A stretch of DNA of 64,000 bases from a bacterium (lineage in GTDB: Bacteria > SM23-31). Under the pieces are notes generated by a model. It had not been told where the DNA came from. It ran no database searches and worked only from the letters and a program-made list of their open reading frames with translations. The position numbers and the translations under genes were made by a program. Location: positions 1,504,001 through 1,568,000 of the forward strand of contig OZ252239.1 of assembly GCA_965249485.1 (NCBI GenBank), read 5' to 3'. Below are positions 60,943 to 64,000 of this stretch, piece by piece (within the stretch, counting starts at the first letter, position 1; each line of letters begins with the position of its first letter).

Positions 60943-62316
60943 ATGGTTTATGCAATTGATGGCATTGATTTTAATACAGAGTATGGCATACGTATCGAAA
61001 GGACATCCGGTCTATTAGACCTTCCGAAGCGAAAAGGAGATACCGCTCAGGATTGGCCTGATTCAGACGGGGAAGATCCTTTTGTAGACCCTACTGATAT
61101 TTACAGCGATGCACGTGATATCATGCTTCATTGCTATGTAAGGGCAGATTCTGAAGTAGATTTGCTGGATAAGCTGAATAAACTCAGGCAAAAATTAAAT
61201 CAAGAGGGTCTGCATTCTTTAGGCACACCGCATTATCCGGAACCACTTCAAGTATATTGCAAGCATGGATTTTCTTTTGTTCGATTGACTAAGTTAAACC
61301 GAAATGGGAAAGTAATTGGTAAGATCCTGTTAAAACTGCGTGAACCGGTTCCTTTGATTTCTCCAGAAATTGTTGCCCCGGCTATCACACCCGGCAACGG
61401 GATAAGTGAAACGGGTCTGGTCGGGTACTTCCCTCTTAATCTGGATACAAAAGATTATTCCGAATCCTTAACTCCCGGGACAGTGGAAGGAACAACTACT
61501 CAAAAATCGGGCAATATAGATGTAAAGCTCGGTGGAGGGGCTTTAGATTTTACAACTGATGCTCTTGTTGCTATAGATTCGACCCTTACGAATGAACTTG
61601 CTTCAAATACTGCAGGAGCAATCGAATTCTATTATAAACCGGACGACGCGACACCTCTATCTGATCAGTGCATTATCGGATTTGGGGACACAAATGCCAA
61701 TGAGTGTATTGCTGTCCGGATAAAAACTGATGGCAAACTGGAAGTCACGGTTATTGATGCAGGAGTAACCGCATGGATATTGGAGACCGATACAGCCGCT
61801 TTCTCTGATGCCGCGTGGGCTCATATCTTAATTGTGCAGGATGGTACTTCACCGGTGATATATGTTGATGGGATTGCACCTGCACAGACCTTTACAAATC
61901 AGACCGACAAGACTAAATGGTTTAATGATTGTGCCGGATTAGATACCGGGAATATCGGGTGCTTGGATTTTAATACACTTGGCAATGCGGAGTGGCTTGA
62001 AGGTGTGGTTGATGAAGTTAAATTTTACAATGCCGCACTGACCGCAGCTCAGGTTCTGGATCGGTGTAATTACCCGAAACGGTACAGCAATCCTGTCAAT
62101 ATTAACACTGATATCACCACAGCCACTGAAATCACAATCAAAAGCATTCATCCGGATGCAACTATCAGATATACGACTGATGGAACGGGTCCTACCGCCA
62201 CAAATGGTACGACCTATTCGGCGCCATTCACACTACCATCATCAAAAGTTATAAAGGCGATCGCTATTCTTAACGATGAAGCTTCAACAATCGCGACAGA
62301 GGTGTTTGTAATATAA
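60943..62316 (+). CDS. distal tail protein fused to LamG-like and chitobiase/FN3-associated domains
   Basis: DWPDSDGED Dit-like N-part; W.HI.IV...IYVDG...G.VDEVKFYN.AL; TIRYTTDGT.P. Confidence 0.75.
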   Translation: MVYAIDGIDFNTEYGIRIERTSGLLDLPKRKGDTAQDWPDSDGEDPFVDPTDIYSDARDIMLHCYVRADSEVDLLDKLNKLRQKLNQEGLHSLGTPHYPEPLQVYCKHGFSFVRLTKLNRNGKVIGKILLKLREPVPLISPEIVAPAITPGNGISETGLVGYFPLNLDTKDYSESLTPGTVEGTTTQKSGNIDVKLGGGALDFTTDALVAIDSTLTNELASNTAGAIEFYYKPDDATPLSDQCIIGFGDTNANECIAVRIKTDGKLEVTVIDAGVTAWILETDTAAFSDAAWAHILIVQDGTSPVIYVDGIAPAQTFTNQTDKTKWFNDCAGLDTGNIGCLDFNTLGNAEWLEGVVDEVKFYNAALTAAQVLDRCNYPKRYSNPVNINTDITTATEITIKSIHPDATIRYTTDGTGPTATNGTTYSAPFTLPSSKVIKAIAILNDEASTIATEVFVI

Positions 62317-64000
62317 TGGCTACGATTGATATAAAAAGAGCAGCTGCAGTAAACTTGACTCTCAATATTGATACGAGTACCGTATTGGTGAAACGGTTGA
62401 TCGGGCAGGATTATATCAAGGCTGTTTTCAAATCGAATACAGTTCTTGATATCGCTCTTAAAGACTATATCGAATATGGGGGTGTTCAGTACAACGTAAA
62501 CACTCCGCCCGGCGTTATCAAAAGAGGATCCAATTCATACACCTATACCGTCACATTTGAAAGCGAATATTATGATCTTGGGAAGGCAATGTTCCTTGAT
62601 GCTGATGGGAATAGTGAATTCTATCTGACAGGGGACGTTGATGCCTTCATTGATCTTATTGCAACGAATATGAACCGTGACGGATCGGGATGGAGCAGAG
62701 GCACAACGGATCAATCAGATACAGAGTATAAGAACCTGAAGTTCTCCGGAGAAAGCTGCTTCCAGGTATTGAATAGATTGGCAACGGAGTTTCATGGGGA
62801 ATATGATTTTACCGCGAAAGCGATAAATTTTACTGATCAGATTGGAAGTGCGTCCGGGAAAACCCTGCAATACAAATCGGGCTTAAAAACAATAACACGG
62901 GACGCACCCGATAAATCGAATGTCATAACACGGCTATATGGCTGGGGATCAGAAAGGAATATAGGTCCTACGTACCGTGCTGTTGGTGACAGATCCCGAA
63001 GATTGAAATTTGAGGATGGAGTAACGGGCAGCAATTACGAAGAGAATAATATAGGTACGTATGGAGTTATTGAAGGTGAGGAAAGATACGATGATATCTA
63101 CCCGCACCGGAATGGGACTATCTCATGGGTAAATGGAGGAGATGTAACGGTATTCCGAGACAGTGGCATGGATTTCGATGTCAACAGTTATTTACTGCCG
63201 GGAGTCATCGCCGAGATACACTTCCAGTCCGGTGATTTAGCAGGATACAGTTTTAAATTATCATCATATGGTAATGGTGATAAGGAATTCACGATAATCG
63301 CCGAGGAAGATGATCAGGGATATGTGCTGCCGAATGCCACACTGAAGCCAGCTGTAAACGACAAATACACCATTCTCAATATATCAATGCCTGCAAGCTA
63401 TATCGATGCGGCGGAGACGGAGCTTGAAAACAGGATATCTGCTTTACTGGCCATCGTGTCGATTCCGAAAGTTACTTATAAAGTTACGAATGATCATAAG
63501 TATTTTAAAGAGAATAGTCTGTCATTTGGGATTGGGGACACGGTAACCATTCAAGACACCCCCCTGAGCATCAATGTAACAGCCAGAATCACCTCTTTTA
63601 CACAGCAGCTTATAAACCCTTACAAATACACAATAGAGCTCTCAAACAACGTTTCTACGCCTGTTATTCGTCGTGTTGTTGCTTCTCAGGCTGCACAGGG
63701 ATTTGCTCTGCTGAAACAGGAGGATCAACTAAAATCAGACAAATTACTGATCACCGGTGACCGGATCGAATCACTCGCAATTGAAGCAGGTCATATCGAT
63801 GATTTGAGCATCACTACATCAAAACTTGATAATCTTGCTGTAACAACCGCAAAGATTAATGCTCTTGCAGTGACTGCAGCACAGATAGCAAATCTTACCA
63901 TAATAGGTGGAAAGATAGCGAACACTACGATTACAGCAACTCAGATAGCGAGTTTAACAATTACATCGACACAGATTGCAAATGCTACAATAACTGGGGC
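62316..64000 (+). CDS. large tail tip/baseplate hub protein, truncated by window end
   Basis: TAATG-coupled ATG at 62316 (MATIDIKR...); ITRLYGWGS.RNI, YGVIEG, DDIYP motifs; absent from ORF track because it has no stop in the window. Confidence 0.85.
   Translation, partial: MATIDIKRAAAVNLTLNIDTSTVLVKRLIGQDYIKAVFKSNTVLDIALKDYIEYGGVQYNVNTPPGVIKRGSNSYTYTVTFESEYYDLGKAMFLDADGNSEFYLTGDVDAFIDLIATNMNRDGSGWSRGTTDQSDTEYKNLKFSGESCFQVLNRLATEFHGEYDFTAKAINFTDQIGSASGKTLQYKSGLKTITRDAPDKSNVITRLYGWGSERNIGPTYRAVGDRSRRLKFEDGVTGSNYEENNIGTYGVIEGEERYDDIYPHRNGTISWVNGGDVTVFRDSGMDFDVNSYLLPGVIAEIHFQSGDLAGYSFKLSSYGNGDKEFTIIAEEDDQGYVLPNATLKPAVNDKYTILNISMPASYIDAAETELENRISALLAIVSIPKVTYKVTNDHKYFKENSLSFGIGDTVTIQDTPLSINVTARITSFTQQLINPYKYTIELSNNVSTPVIRRVVASQAAQGFALLKQEDQLKSDKLLITGDRIESLAIEAGHIDDLSITTSKLDNLAVTTAKINALAVTAAQIANLTIIGGKIANTTITATQIASLTITSTQIANATITG
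63770..64000 (+). repeat. 10-aa periodic repeat in the tail protein
   Basis: ITTSKLDNLA VTTAKINALA VTAAQIANLT IIGGKIANTT ITATQIASLT ITSTQIANAT. Confidence 0.85.

Larger units (their letters stand above)
30900..64000 (+). mobile_element. siphovirus-like prophage, right end outside the window; left boundary approximate
   Basis: Ordered early, replication, packaging, head and tail modules with tightly coupled ORFs. Confidence 0.93.

Noticed and set aside
30900..64000. Gene transfer agent interpretation
   Set aside because: It retains its own recombinase, replication initiator, helicase loader and many early genes, which fits a prophage better.
1..64000. CRISPR array, retron/DGR reverse transcriptase, IS transposase, rRNA
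   Set aside because: No regularly spaced repeats, RT (YxDD-type) protein, transposase or rRNA-like sequence recognised by eye.

Overview
Two parts. (1) About 1-30,800 is bacterial chromosome. The host is probably flagellated (sigma-28 promoter, FliG-like and FapA-like genes); an FCB-group-like lineage is inferred only from the secretion-tag style of one protease. It carries two amino-acid symporters and a cysteine-synthesis operon of the sulfur-carrier type (CysM, JAMM protease, ubiquitin-like/E1/rhodanese fusion). It also carries a peroxiredoxin, FKBP, uvrA, an oadGAB-type Na+-translocating decarboxylase, two-component and sigma-54 regulators, peptidases, a suhB-like gene, tRNA-Thr(CGT), folK and folB. 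(2) About 30,900 to the window end is a siphovirus-like prophage: early genes, recombination/replication, terminase, portal, head and tail, running off the right edge. No integrase or repressor is visible. Top observation: an unannotated 33-codon Cys-rich leader ORF (3784-3885) with a terminator and a mutually exclusive antiterminator directly upstream of the cysteine operon, i.e. a candidate cysteine-sensing ribosome-mediated transcription attenuator. Other highlights: a GT2-TPR glycosyltransferase in the tail module, a FliA-like sigma factor in the head module, a reverse-oriented cargo cassette (secreted metalloprotease plus beta-propeller lipoproteins), a signal-peptide-like prefix on TerL, and two -1 slippery sites. 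All calls come from reading motifs by eye; no searches were run.
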